Virus record (IMG/VR): IMGVR_UViG_3300040811_000504
Span: 2,732 to 66,731 of that record
Reading direction: 5' to 3' (one strand)
Source of the DNA: a virus
Taxonomy: Duplodnaviria > Caudoviricetes
Length of the DNA stretch: 64,000 nucleotides
The translations under genes were made by a program, and so were the position numbers. Position 1 is the stretch's first letter. Every line of letters starts with the position of its first letter. The notes below the pieces were generated by a model. The model was given only the letters and a program-made list of their open reading frames with translations. It had not been told where the DNA came from and ran no database searches. Below are positions 9,283-21,000 of the stretch, piece by piece.

Positions 9283-11898
9283 TTAAAAATACATTAAACC
9301 TAATATTTGGTTTAATGATGCGAATGCCCCAGTCAACTTATAAGTGTTTCCTTTGTAAACAAATACGATTCCTTCATTTGGTACAATCTTATCTTTACCA
9401 CCTACTGCAGCCAATCTTTCCAATTCCATTCTTAATTTTGCAATCTTAGCTACATCACCCGATTTCTTAACGGCTTTTACTGTGTTATCCAATTCCTTCT
9501 GCATATCTCTCAATGCTTTATTTGGATTCACTACTAATACTGAACTCATAAATGAAAGTACCTCTGCACCAACACCTAAGAAAATATCTTCAAACTTACG
9601 AAGATTATCTTTTGATATTTTTGCCTGGTCTTGTTTATCGGTTTTCTTTGCCCAATCTAATACTTTGGAATCTTTGATGTTTTTATTATCTAATCTGAAT
9701 GATTTATCTAAGAATGCCCATCTTTTTACCAACCCCATTTTAGTTTTGTTATCCAATGATGATGGTGAGTTTTTATCAACCCAATTTTCCCACCAAGCCT
9801 GATGATAATTCGCAACACCATCTGAATCTTTTAGTTTAAATTCTTTTTGAAGTTTATTCAATTGTGAATTAAACTTACCCTGCATTGATGAAAGGTTTTT
9901 ATTCTTTGGTAATTGAGTTACAGGTGGTCCTTGAATTGTGTAATTATCTTGCACATCTTTGTTGATTTGTTTAATCATACCTGCCAATGTTCTTGCAGTT
10001 GATGTATCTGCACCAATTGCTTCACCATCTTCATTATAATCCATAGTTCCGTGGAATACCAATAATGGTTGACCATAAGGTACTACATTAACTGAAGTTG
10101 GGTAGATAACTTCTAAGTTCATAAACGATGAACCTTGTTTGAATATCTTATCTCTTTGTGCTTTTGATAGTGATTTAATCGCTGATGTTAAATCTTTCAT
10201 AGCAAAATTGTATGCATCGGTTAAACCACCTCTACCTTGAAACTTAGATGCAACTCCACTAATATCTAATGCGTTTTCACCACTATTTTTGAGGTGTCCT
10301 TTATTTCTTGCTGCTATTAAACCTTTATCATCTCTCCAACTAATTGCTAATGCTTGACCATCGGTTTTTTCTCTTGCGAATTCTAAGTTACCATTTAATG
10401 CGTTTGATATAATGGTTTTTAAATCACCAAAAGTTAAATTCATTTCAATATCAAATGGGTGATTCATATGACCATATGCACCACCTTCCATAATCAAACC
10501 CTCCCTCATAGGTTCAGTTTCTACATCTTGTGTAAAGTTAAACTTAGGTTCTTTTACAGGTGCATCTTTAGTATCTTCAATACCCTGCTCGGCATCTAAG
10601 AAGTCAACCAACTTATATCCTACGATTGTAGCAACACCTTTGATTTTATCAGCCCATGCTTTATATGCCGCATTACCTCTTAAATCGGTATATCTTTGTG
10701 ATTGTGCATCCAAACCTGCTTTACCAGATGGGAAGTACGATACTGGATACTTATCATCTATACTTCTTGCACCATCTGCGAAGATTGAATCATCATCGTT
10801 TCCTAAAATATAATCCACAACTTGCCACCCTAATGCCTCTGCTGCATCATTACCAATTTTCTTATATGTTTTTGAATTACCATATGTAAATCCCGGCCCA
10901 TCATCAACCACACTCTTTCCACTAGCTGGTGTAGCGGATGCTTCATCAATCTTGTTCAATTCCTCACCCTTAGAACCAACACCAGATGTAACGTAATCAT
11001 CAGTTTCAATTGGTTCTTTTAATGCTTTGTTGGGTTCTACTTTTTTGACAACTGAGAATGCTGCTTTATCCGAATTAATTGAATCTTTTGAGTAAATGTA
11101 ATCCGCCTCTGGAAAATGTAATTGCTCATAACCACCTCTATTAAACCAGGGTTCAGGTTTTCCAGAATCAGTTCCCAATTTCCGTTTGTATCCACCAGGG
11201 AGATATCCAGTTTCAGGTTCTCCGGCATCCGCATAATACATACTTGCTTCTATGATAACATCGTTCATATCAAATGTAGATAAAAACGCCTCCACCTTTC
11301 CAAATATCTTTGTTAATCGTGTTGTAATCAATGTGAAGATTTTAGAATCAAACTTACCATCATACACTTTTTTGAATCCATTGATTTTATCGGATTCAGA
11401 ACCTTGTGATAAAAGTTTTCTTGCTTCAGTTCCACTCATACCACCACCACTTGATGGTGCTACATAAACATATCCCTTATCCTCATATCCCTTATCGATT
11501 CTATCTGGATGGTATGGTTCAAAGTATTTACCTTTTAATCTGTATCTATCTTTCTCGCCAACAACAGTTACGAAGGCAGTTGTTTTATTATCGAACTTAC
11601 CAATAATTTCTTTAGGTGCATATGGGTTTTTAATTTCAACGATTTTGCTCGATGGGATACCAAACATCTTCATCATAATCATTTTCTTTTCTTTGAATTT
11701 AAAAGGTGATTTGATGTTATCAGTTTTATTAGATGTTCCAATGTAAACATTATCTTTACCAAACTTTTTTACTAAGTGTTGGTATGTACCATAATGCCCC
11801 TTATGAAATGGTTGAAATCTACCTGCGTAAACAACTACCTCTTTTTTTATATCTTCAGTTAAGATTCCCTTAACCCACTCTTTTATTAGATTCCCCAT
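9283..11898 (-). CDS. Multidomain protein: N-terminal HxGH nucleotidyltransferase plus C-terminal ATP-dependent ligase-like domain
   Basis: GRFQPFHKGH and SGTEAR (nucleotidyltransferase); KTDG, NLEVIY, NEGIVF, TYKLTG (covalent nucleotidyltransferase motifs I, III, IV, V). Confidence 0.65.
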   Translation of the reverse strand: MGNLIKEWVKGILTEDIKKEVVVYAGRFQPFHKGHYGTYQHLVKKFGKDNVYIGTSNKTDNIKSPFKFKEKKMIMMKMFGIPSSKIVEIKNPYAPKEIIGKFDNKTTAFVTVVGEKDRYRLKGKYFEPYHPDRIDKGYEDKGYVYVAPSSGGGMSGTEARKLLSQGSESDKINGFKKVYDGKFDSKIFTLITTRLTKIFGKVEAFLSTFDMNDVIIEASMYYADAGEPETGYLPGGYKRKLGTDSGKPEPWFNRGGYEQLHFPEADYIYSKDSINSDKAAFSVVKKVEPNKALKEPIETDDYVTSGVGSKGEELNKIDEASATPASGKSVVDDGPGFTYGNSKTYKKIGNDAAEALGWQVVDYILGNDDDSIFADGARSIDDKYPVSYFPSGKAGLDAQSQRYTDLRGNAAYKAWADKIKGVATIVGYKLVDFLDAEQGIEDTKDAPVKEPKFNFTQDVETEPMREGLIMEGGAYGHMNHPFDIEMNLTFGDLKTIISNALNGNLEFAREKTDGQALAISWRDDKGLIAARNKGHLKNSGENALDISGVASKFQGRGGLTDAYNFAMKDLTSAIKSLSKAQRDKIFKQGSSFMNLEVIYPTSVNVVPYGQPLLVFHGTMDYNEDGEAIGADTSTARTLAGMIKQINKDVQDNYTIQGPPVTQLPKNKNLSSMQGKFNSQLNKLQKEFKLKDSDGVANYHQAWWENWVDKNSPSSLDNKTKMGLVKRWAFLDKSFRLDNKNIKDSKVLDWAKKTDKQDQAKISKDNLRKFEDIFLGVGAEVLSFMSSVLVVNPNKALRDMQKELDNTVKAVKKSGDVAKIAKLRMELERLAAVGGKDKIVPNEGIVFVYKGNTYKLTGAFASLNQILGLMYF

Positions 11899-11913
11899 AA
11901 TGATAAATATCCT

Positions 11914-14900
11914 TTAATTAGTAGAACCACTTTCTAAGGTTTCAATTCTACTTTGTAAATCTTTTATTATTTGTTGTTGGTCTTGAATTGCTTTAATCAT
12001 TGGTGATATGAACTCTTCATATTTCAATGATAAATATCCTTCGTTTCCATTATAACCACCAAAATCATCTATATGTACATCAAACTCAGCAAGAGATTGT
12101 GATACTTCCTGTGCAATCAATCCATAGTGAGTTGTATTATCATCTTTGAAATCATACTTAACTGGTTTCAAAGATTCTATAAATCCTAAACCTAATGGAG
12201 AAATTTCTATATTCTTTTTTAGGTTTCTATCTGAGAGTGTATCTACTGAATTTTTAAGATATGCGGTTTGCCATCTTTGTTTTGGCCTACCCAATGTATA
12301 TCTTGAACCTGATACAGATTCAAATAACGATGATGTAATAATTGGTGCAAAGTGTCCTTTATGTGCGGTTACCTCTTTACCATCCCATGTTAAGTAAGTA
12401 TCTTTAAAGTGAAGTGTTTGTGTATCAATAGCAGCAACTCTTGCGGGTTCAACCATTCTCATTTCAGTTAATGCCCAACCCAATCCATTTACACCACTAC
12501 CAACAGTACCAGTTGCATTTGAACCACTATACAACATTCCAATTCTAACTTTAAATGAATTTTCAATTGATTTATTGGAATTGTTTGTTGCTTCTATTTC
12601 TAAAATATCGGATATCGGAATATCAAATACAGTCCAACTTTTTTCAGTTGCGTTTTCATCTTTATACACTTTTGTGTAGTATGTGGTTGAACCTGAAATT
12701 ATATCAATTTTATATTGTGGGAAGAATCCAGTAAATCCACCACTATGTGGGTGAGTAGTTCCCCTTACGGCAAATTGTAAATGTGCGTTCTTATATTCAG
12801 AACCTGCGAATGATTCTGAAATATGTATAAACTCCGATGTTAATGTTTTGTATACATTTGAACCTGTTCTAAATGTATTTTCCTTATTAAATACTAATTG
12901 ATTTCCTATTAGGGTTGGTGATAAAGATGAACTTGCGTTAGCAACGTCTTGTTGAGTAAAATCATTTATAAATTTATAATCTTTACTAACACCACTTATA
13001 TCATACCAACTTTTAAATTCAGCAGGATATCCCACACCATCTAACGCAGAACCTGTAACCAACATTTGTGGTGTAGATTGGAAAACCGAAGATAATGACC
13101 ACTTACCATGTGAACCTTGAAATGATGTTTTAGAAGAACCAGTTAAGGATGTTAATCTTACATCCGTTGATGATGTTGAATATGTTTCAATGAATGGTAA
13201 TTGGTATCTAATTGATGGTACAACTGGGTTTTGTACTCCTAATTCTACAATTTTACCACCTAAGTAAGTATCTTGTATAAAACCACTACTAGCTCTTAAA
13301 TCTCCTTTAACTTCTAATGTAGTATCAGTTAATGAGAATAACGAAGAACTAATAATTAATGAACCATTAGAACCTGATATAAACCCACCGGCTGCTCCAA
13401 AATCAAATTGATTTGCGTTAATATTTAAATCAGAACCTGAAATAGTACCACCCGAAAAGTTTACCTGAGAACCTGTAATGTTACCCGATTCATCTACAAA
13501 GAATTTAGATGAACTTATCTCACCACTACCACTTATAGAGAATGTTACTTTTTCTACAAATGAGCCCGATTGATACCCCATAGAGATTTTACCACCTTGT
13601 GTGGTAGAGTTGTATGTGTTTGTTGATTCATAATCAACTGCGAATTTATTAAAAGATATAGTATTAAATGTCTCATCATCAGGATAAAGAGATGCTAATT
13701 CAGCAGCGGTTAAATCGGTTTGAACTCGTATGTTATCTAATCGTTGAGTTACATTTACTGGGTCACCGCCTCTATCTACAACTAATCCTAAAGCTTGGTT
13801 TAAAGGAAATTCTGGTGTTCCAACTTCAATAGAACCTGATTCTGCAATATCCAATGGCCATATACCATTTATGATTTCTAATTCAGATGAAGATGTGGTT
13901 TCTGTTATTGCAAACGTATGTCTAAGTTTTAGTGGTAATCCCCTACTACCACCCTGCCAAGATGGAATATCTAATGAGCCTGGACTTGTATTCCACGTTG
14001 TTAAACTACCAGATGTTTCTATTTCAAACCAACCTGCAAGTGAACCTGTTGTAGTATCAATACCATTTAATATACTAATTACATCTGGATTTACAAACCA
14101 TCCAGGTTTTAATAATGCAGCGTATACTGATGCTTCATTATTAGTATAGTTTTGTGGAGTAATTTCACCAGTACTAGAGAATGCGAATTCTGATGTAATT
14201 CCCAAAAGTTCAGCTGTACCTGAGTATCTAAGCCCTTCCCCAAATGCATTGACCAATCCTTTTGTTAAGTATTCTGACCAAGTGTTTGGAGAAACACCAC
14301 CAAATTCTGCTATCTGTTGAATATACACAAAAGATGAACCAGTTATTGTATTGAATTGTGATACCGTTATTGAATTTCCACTATAAACTGTTGTTGATTT
14401 CGTTGGTGCAAGCAAATAGGCATTTGGGTCATCTGTAACAGCGGTATATGATGCAGTTAAAAAGAAAGTGTGGAAGCCAGTACCATCTCCATTTCCATCT
14501 AACTCACTTAAATTAACCGAACCACTTGAAACCCAAATATATTGTGGGTTTGGTGAATATGTAAATGCTGATGCAGTCCAATATGCATTTATAAAATCAG
14601 TTTCGGGTGATGTAGAATTTGTATTACGTGCAAATCCTACGATTGGTACGAATGATTCATAATTAGTTGCGAGCGTAAATTCTTGTGAATCTACTGGCGA
14701 CCAATCCTGTATAGATAGGTTAACATCAGAAGAAGATACTGTAGTTGATGATAATGAACCTGTTAATTGTGATAAATCATCTATATTGATATCTACGAAT
14801 CCATCTAAATCCAGTCCATTTGGAAAAAGCCCAACTCTATCATCCAATGGAACTCCTCTGACATCTGTAAATAGTGATATTCCAAAGAAATCTGATGTTG

Positions 14901-17900
14901 GGTTAATATTATAAGCAGGGTTATCAGGTAACTCGAATGCAAGTGCATCTACACCCTCTACCGTTGATAAGAATTCACTCAAAACATCAAAGTTTTGGAA
15001 TTCAGAATCAAAGGCAAATTGACCATTAACTATTGATGATGAATATGCGGCAATAGATGCTGTTGGATATGCTACTGATATAGATGATGATTGAAATTTC
15101 GCACTAACTGCTACTGATTGATTAGCTGCTGAATTGTATTGTAGTGATTCTGTATAGAATATTTCAAAATCAGAATTTTGTGCAAATACATTAACACTAT
15201 CTAATGTTATAGTTGTATCTACTACACTTTCTATACCCATATTTGATGAGGTAACGCCTGTTATGTTGATGGTTGCTCTACTATCAACATATAATGGAAT
15301 TTCGGCGCCCCGAGTACTACCACTGCGTTCACTAATTGGAGTAAATTCTTCCACCAATCGTAATGCATCAAATTTAGATGATGAGATTATAAAGGATGCG
15401 ATTCTACCTGATTCTGCAAATATTTGGCCAGATGAACTTAAAATCAGTAATGAGTTTGATGATGATATTGTCGTTTCATTTATACCAAACCCACCAATTT
15501 CACCAAAAGTAGCTTTGATACCACCTTGTAAGAATACATTGTTTGTTGCTAATCCATATCCTGGTGTTGAACTTCCAAATACATAATCACTTCCGGCCAA
15601 TCCACTTAAATCACCAAGTCTCGCAGCAAGAGTTACATCGTAAATATCAGAACCTGTTCGTTCTACTATATCCATAAATGGTGTTGCGGTATCAGATGGG
15701 TTTGCGTTTAATTTTATATATCCCGTCCCAACTTTTCCAGTAGATACTACAACTTGTCCATCCTCATACAATTGTGATGCTGATGCAACATCCCCAACAA
15801 AATCACCAGATGAACCTGAACCATATCCTCTTGTTACATAAATTCTACCATAATTTTCATCTTCATTACTTTGATTACCATCAACTGATGATGAATTTAC
15901 TAAAATGTATTCTGTTTGAAATCCAGTACCATCTACTTTTTTTGCAATTAGGATTTCACCACTTTCAAATCCTTTTACGTTTTTAACAGACATTGTTGCA
16001 TCAGTAGTTAAAACTGAACCTGTAATTGTTGTTGAATTAGCAACCCATAATTGACCACCAACTGCGTTTACAGATTCTTTTTCGAATGTTGTGGTTCTCA
16101 TTGTACCTCTGATTCGAACATTTTCGAATTCAGCAATACCATTACCTTCTGAAGAAATCTTCCAACCCTTTACACCTGTTGTAAAATCTCTTGTTTGTAG
16201 AATACCCTCAGGTTTCATTAAAAGGTTTCCACCTTCTATTGAGGCGGTTGTTATGTCCCAACCACCAATGGATGCTGATACAAATCTAGCAAAACCATCC
16301 GAATCAATAGAAGATGATGAATTTGTTCTTGTTGATGGAGACCCGTTAATTATAGCAGGTGTTCTTAAATTATTAACACTTAAATCTGCGTTAATAACTG
16401 CATCTGCCCCAATTACTAATAAATCATTTACTGGGTCTAAATGAAATAACGATGAACTAATTTCTATATTACCATCAGAACCACTAATAAATTGTGAATC
16501 AGTTGTACCAATAAAAAACTTATCAGTTTTAACATCTAATAAACCACCATCATGTGTTGTAAATATGAAATGCCTATCATCGTTATCACCAATCATCTGT
16601 AAACCTACACCTTGTAGGTAATCATCTCCAACTCTTAATGCATTAGAACCACTATAAATAATAAAACCACCTGGCCCTTTACCTAACGATGCGGAAGTTT
16701 GTCCTTCAAATCCAACTGAACGTATGAATCCACTACTTGCACCACCCACTTCAATACCACTACCAATTGCGTTTGATATAAAGATAGAACCTGTTATAAG
16801 GTTATCCCCACCACCAAAGTAGAAGTTACCACCTTGAAATACAAATGGACTTGTAATAGTTTCAGTTCTTGATATTTCACCAATAGAGTTTAGATATTGT
16901 ATTTTTAATAATTTTGGGTCTTGTAGGTTTTCCGATGGGATTGGTACTTTTACACTAAATGATGAACTATATGGTACAGTTACCTCATTTAGTAATTCGT
17001 ATTCACCTGGTAACCCATCTGATTTAATTAATACTTTTACTTTATCAACTACACCTGCAATTGGATTTACATTTGTTAATGTTAAGTTAGCAAATGAACG
17101 TTGATTTTCAGTAACTATATTAGAACCCGTTTGAAAGTATTGAATACTATAATTCGCAGATTCAATATTATTGTAAGTGTGTAGTAACTCTTCTCTATCT
17201 GCAAATGAAGTTGTATATGGGGTTTTTAAAACAGCCGTAGTTACATCTAATACTTGAGATATAGATGAACTATAAAATGTATCACTATTTGGATTTGGAT
17301 ATTTTGATATTGGTTCTGCGGGAGTTTCGTAATTTGATAGTACGAATGAGTACCCCAACATTTCTTCATTGAATTGAGAACCATCTGTAAGTTGTACAAT
17401 TGGTGTAGTACCTCTAAATAAATATCGGGCACCATTTCCGGTTTGAGATTGGAGTAATAACTCATTACCACTTTGAGGTTGGTTTTGATATGCCTCAATA
17501 CTTTCAGAAATTGCAACTGAAGGTAATGTGTTTGATTTAAAAATTACAGATGATGTATTTTTTCTATCTCTATCTACATTTACAGTAGTCTGCCATCTAA
17601 CATTAGGTTTACCTCTGAATCTCTCAGGTATTGGCTCTCCATTGTTACCAACTTTTGATATACCAACTAATGTAATTACTGCATCGCCATTTGCAGTATT
17701 ATCATCACCTTTATCGTTATAAATCCAAATTGAAATTACCCTACTCTTATCTGCTTCTAAATAATCGGGTATTTCAAAGTATATTGCATTTCCATTAGAA
17801 TCCCTTACATCCACAAGAATTTGTGAACCTTCTACCAAATTAGTAGGGTGTGCTGATATCCTTAATAGGTTCTTACCTTTTTGTAAAACTTGAGGAACAT

Positions 17901-18003
17901 CAGATACTCTAAAGTATTTTGGCGATGTGTTCGTTGTATCATCAATATACACCGAAACATTCGATAAATTTTCTCTTGCTGCTTTTTTAAATATTAAAGA
18001 CAT
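11914..18003 (-). CDS. Long tail fibre/spike with C-terminal intramolecular chaperone (peptidase S74-like)
   Basis: SDRNLKKNI...LKPVKYDF...YGLIAQEV...L.YEEFISPMIKAIQ plus terminal coiled coil; Ser/Gly/Thr-rich beta repeats. Confidence 0.85.
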   Translation of the reverse strand: MSLIFKKAARENLSNVSVYIDDTTNTSPKYFRVSDVPQVLQKGKNLLRISAHPTNLVEGSQILVDVRDSNGNAIYFEIPDYLEADKSRVISIWIYNDKGDDNTANGDAVITLVGISKVGNNGEPIPERFRGKPNVRWQTTVNVDRDRKNTSSVIFKSNTLPSVAISESIEAYQNQPQSGNELLLQSQTGNGARYLFRGTTPIVQLTDGSQFNEEMLGYSFVLSNYETPAEPISKYPNPNSDTFYSSSISQVLDVTTAVLKTPYTTSFADREELLHTYNNIESANYSIQYFQTGSNIVTENQRSFANLTLTNVNPIAGVVDKVKVLIKSDGLPGEYELLNEVTVPYSSSFSVKVPIPSENLQDPKLLKIQYLNSIGEISRTETITSPFVFQGGNFYFGGGDNLITGSIFISNAIGSGIEVGGASSGFIRSVGFEGQTSASLGKGPGGFIIYSGSNALRVGDDYLQGVGLQMIGDNDDRHFIFTTHDGGLLDVKTDKFFIGTTDSQFISGSDGNIEISSSLFHLDPVNDLLVIGADAVINADLSVNNLRTPAIINGSPSTRTNSSSSIDSDGFARFVSASIGGWDITTASIEGGNLLMKPEGILQTRDFTTGVKGWKISSEGNGIAEFENVRIRGTMRTTTFEKESVNAVGGQLWVANSTTITGSVLTTDATMSVKNVKGFESGEILIAKKVDGTGFQTEYILVNSSSVDGNQSNEDENYGRIYVTRGYGSGSSGDFVGDVASASQLYEDGQVVVSTGKVGTGYIKLNANPSDTATPFMDIVERTGSDIYDVTLAARLGDLSGLAGSDYVFGSSTPGYGLATNNVFLQGGIKATFGEIGGFGINETTISSSNSLLILSSSGQIFAESGRIASFIISSSKFDALRLVEEFTPISERSGSTRGAEIPLYVDSRATINITGVTSSNMGIESVVDTTITLDSVNVFAQNSDFEIFYTESLQYNSAANQSVAVSAKFQSSSISVAYPTASIAAYSSSIVNGQFAFDSEFQNFDVLSEFLSTVEGVDALAFELPDNPAYNINPTSDFFGISLFTDVRGVPLDDRVGLFPNGLDLDGFVDINIDDLSQLTGSLSSTTVSSSDVNLSIQDWSPVDSQEFTLATNYESFVPIVGFARNTNSTSPETDFINAYWTASAFTYSPNPQYIWVSSGSVNLSELDGNGDGTGFHTFFLTASYTAVTDDPNAYLLAPTKSTTVYSGNSITVSQFNTITGSSFVYIQQIAEFGGVSPNTWSEYLTKGLVNAFGEGLRYSGTAELLGITSEFAFSSTGEITPQNYTNNEASVYAALLKPGWFVNPDVISILNGIDTTTGSLAGWFEIETSGSLTTWNTSPGSLDIPSWQGGSRGLPLKLRHTFAITETTSSSELEIINGIWPLDIAESGSIEVGTPEFPLNQALGLVVDRGGDPVNVTQRLDNIRVQTDLTAAELASLYPDDETFNTISFNKFAVDYESTNTYNSTTQGGKISMGYQSGSFVEKVTFSISGSGEISSSKFFVDESGNITGSQVNFSGGTISGSDLNINANQFDFGAAGGFISGSNGSLIISSSLFSLTDTTLEVKGDLRASSGFIQDTYLGGKIVELGVQNPVVPSIRYQLPFIETYSTSSTDVRLTSLTGSSKTSFQGSHGKWSLSSVFQSTPQMLVTGSALDGVGYPAEFKSWYDISGVSKDYKFINDFTQQDVANASSSLSPTLIGNQLVFNKENTFRTGSNVYKTLTSEFIHISESFAGSEYKNAHLQFAVRGTTHPHSGGFTGFFPQYKIDIISGSTTYYTKVYKDENATEKSWTVFDIPISDILEIEATNNSNKSIENSFKVRIGMLYSGSNATGTVGSGVNGLGWALTEMRMVEPARVAAIDTQTLHFKDTYLTWDGKEVTAHKGHFAPIITSSLFESVSGSRYTLGRPKQRWQTAYLKNSVDTLSDRNLKKNIEISPLGLGFIESLKPVKYDFKDDNTTHYGLIAQEVSQSLAEFDVHIDDFGGYNGNEGYLSLKYEEFISPMIKAIQDQQQIIKDLQSRIETLESGSTN

Positions 18004-18027
18004 CTACACTCCATACATTCTTTATTA

Positions 18028-21000
18028 TTATAAATATCTAATAGATGAAAATCCACCTACCTTTGTAATATCTATAATTTGGTCAACCATATCTCTTGTC
18101 TTATCAATGTGTGATATAGTTACTAAGAAATCAAATTGGTTTTTAAGGTAATCAAATAATAAATATAATGAATTAAAGTTATCACTATCCAATGAACCAA
18201 ATCCCTCATCAATTGCGATAAAGTTTGGACGGGGTAGGTTTGATACATTTGTGAGTGCAGTTCTAATCGCAACTGATGAAATAAACTTTTCCATACCACT
18301 TGTTAATTCTAATGGCCAATATTCATCTTCACCATATGCGATATATGAATTTATATTTTTACCATCAGTATTTAGTAGAATTTGGAAATCTACAAGTGGT
18401 TGTAGTATGTTGTTAATTTCTACCTCTAATTTTGGTAACACATCTGATATTAGTTCATATGGAATCCCATCTCTCTTTACACATTGTAGATAATACTCAT
18501 ATCCCTCATACTTTGTTTCCATATCTTCCAATCGGTTGATAGAATCATTTACAGTTTTAATTGTATTTTCTGCTATCTTAACTTCACCACTTACATCAAT
18601 CAAAATATCATTTGTATCATATATTAAATCTTCAATTTCTTTTAGATTTTCTTTGTATTTATCAATTTCTTTTTGTACCTTTGTATTATGCTCTACTGAT
18701 ACTTTTTGCTCAATTGATTTTTGAATATCAGAATCTACCTTATCAATTCTGTTTTGAAGTTCGGTGAGTTCTAAGTTACAAGATTTTGTTTGTAATTCAA
18801 CCTTTTCTATTTGGTTAGTGTAATTATCTATTTTAGATTTTAAGGTTTGAATTTCTGCTAGTATTGATGTAACATCATATTTTGCTTTGTTCATAGATGC
18901 TTCATCGTATTCACCAGAACGTGTCAATCTTATAAGTGAGGATTCTTTTATTTCCCTTTCCAATGATTGTGCCTGTTGTGCGAATGGTGTATTCTTATTT
19001 TTTACACAATGGTCACATCCATCATCAAAAGTAAGAGAACCAATCCCATCTAAGTGTTTTTTCTTATGTTCAATCTCTCTATCCAAATCATCTATTTGTG
19101 ATTGGATATCAACCATCATCTTTGAGTATGATTCATATTTTAAGTGCTTTTCTTTCAAATCAACTAAATCATATCTATTAAATTCTGATTGGGATTTTTT
19201 TAGTTTAGATTCTAAATCAACTAAAGTGTCTACATACTCATTACATTCAGTTGCCTTTGTGTTTGCACTTTCTTCTAACTCTTCTTTTAATTTTATAAGA
19301 TTATCAGTATCAGTTACAGATGAATCTACTGAAATTAATTTACCCAATAATTCTTCAATACGGAGTCCAACCTTAATCCTACGTTCTTTGTATTCATCCA
19401 ATAGGGTTTGTGTTTCAGTTACCTTCTTTTTATTTTCAATTAAACTTTCTTCTGCATCTGATAACTTCTCAGTAAAGTTTTGATTTTTATAATCTTTAAG
19501 TAATGCACTTAGTTCTTTGATTTCTTCATTTGCAACTTGATACAACTGCTCAAACACATCCATATCTAAGAATTGTGCGAGAAGTTCTTTTCTCTCCTTT
19601 TGGGATTTTTCAATAAACCCACCACTATTTGATTGGTTTGACATTGCAGTTAGAATGAAATCATCATAAGAACCTACATACTGTCTGATGATTGAGTTTG
19701 TATCTCTACGTTCTTCACCATTTAGGGATTCGGTTGAACCATCTTCATTGATTCGATAGAAGTTTACATCTACTTTAACAGTACCCCTCTTAGGTGATTT
19801 TTTACCAATCCTCTCAATATAATAATCAACACCATTAATCTCAAAGTTAAACTTACAATTAAATTGAGATTTTGAATAGTTGAGTACATCAGCTGCTTTT
19901 GAGGTACGAGAACATTTATCATATATACAAAACGATAGAGCATCCCACAATGATGATTTACCACTTGCGTTGGGTGCAAATACACCATACGCCCCTTTCA
20001 TTTGTGAAAAATCTATAATATTAGATGGACCATATGAGAACATATTTGAAAACTCAAACGTTTTAGGCTTCCATATAATGTTCTTCATACCAACAGATGT
20101 ACCTAATTTAGTATTAATATCATTATTGATACCTCTGATAACATCCAAATGTTCCTCACCAACAACATATCTCTCTGATAGGAAATCTTCAATAAGTTTA
20201 TTTTGGAATCCAACATCTCTTACATTTTGAAGTATAATATTTGAACCACCACTATAATCTTTTTTATCAGTAATTACTTTTTGGATTGATACCTCTTGTA
20301 CTTTTCTACCAACTCTTATTTTTGCAAGAACTTTCTTTAATTCAGATTGGGGTGTATCCTTTACTCTAACCCTCATACGAGGTTTATTTGGTATGGTTGG
20401 GTTACCAACTATCTTTCCACCCTCTACATCAATTGTAACGTACCCATAATCGTTATGAATTGGAACAAACTCAGATTTCTTAGAATCAACATCCCATACT
20501 AAAATACCATGTTCTGGATATTTTGCTTCCGAATGATTTTGCATGATTGTAGAACCACAATACTTAATTGTACCTTCTGAATTTAAGGATTGATTGGGAA
20601 CGTGAATATCACCTAACAAAACCAAATCATATCCATCAAATGATTCTACATTTACATTTTTATTTTCAATCTCAAAACCATGTTCAGTTTTTACCTTATC
20701 AACAGGCGCATGATATAATGCAATCTTATAATCACCATGAACCTCAGATGATGGGATAATTGCCTTTGATTCAGAAAAAATAGATGAGTGTGAAAAGGAA
20801 ATGCCTCCCATTTTCCAAACTCCATCATCTTTCAGATAATGTAGATTTGGGTGTCCTAATGCGTTTACAATAGGTGATAACGCATCTAATCTCGAATGAT
20901 TATTTAGGTTTGCATCGTGATTACCTGGTATCAGAATTGTTGGTAACATATCTGATAACCTTTTTAGAAATGTTTGTGTCATCTCAATCACTTCTGGCGT

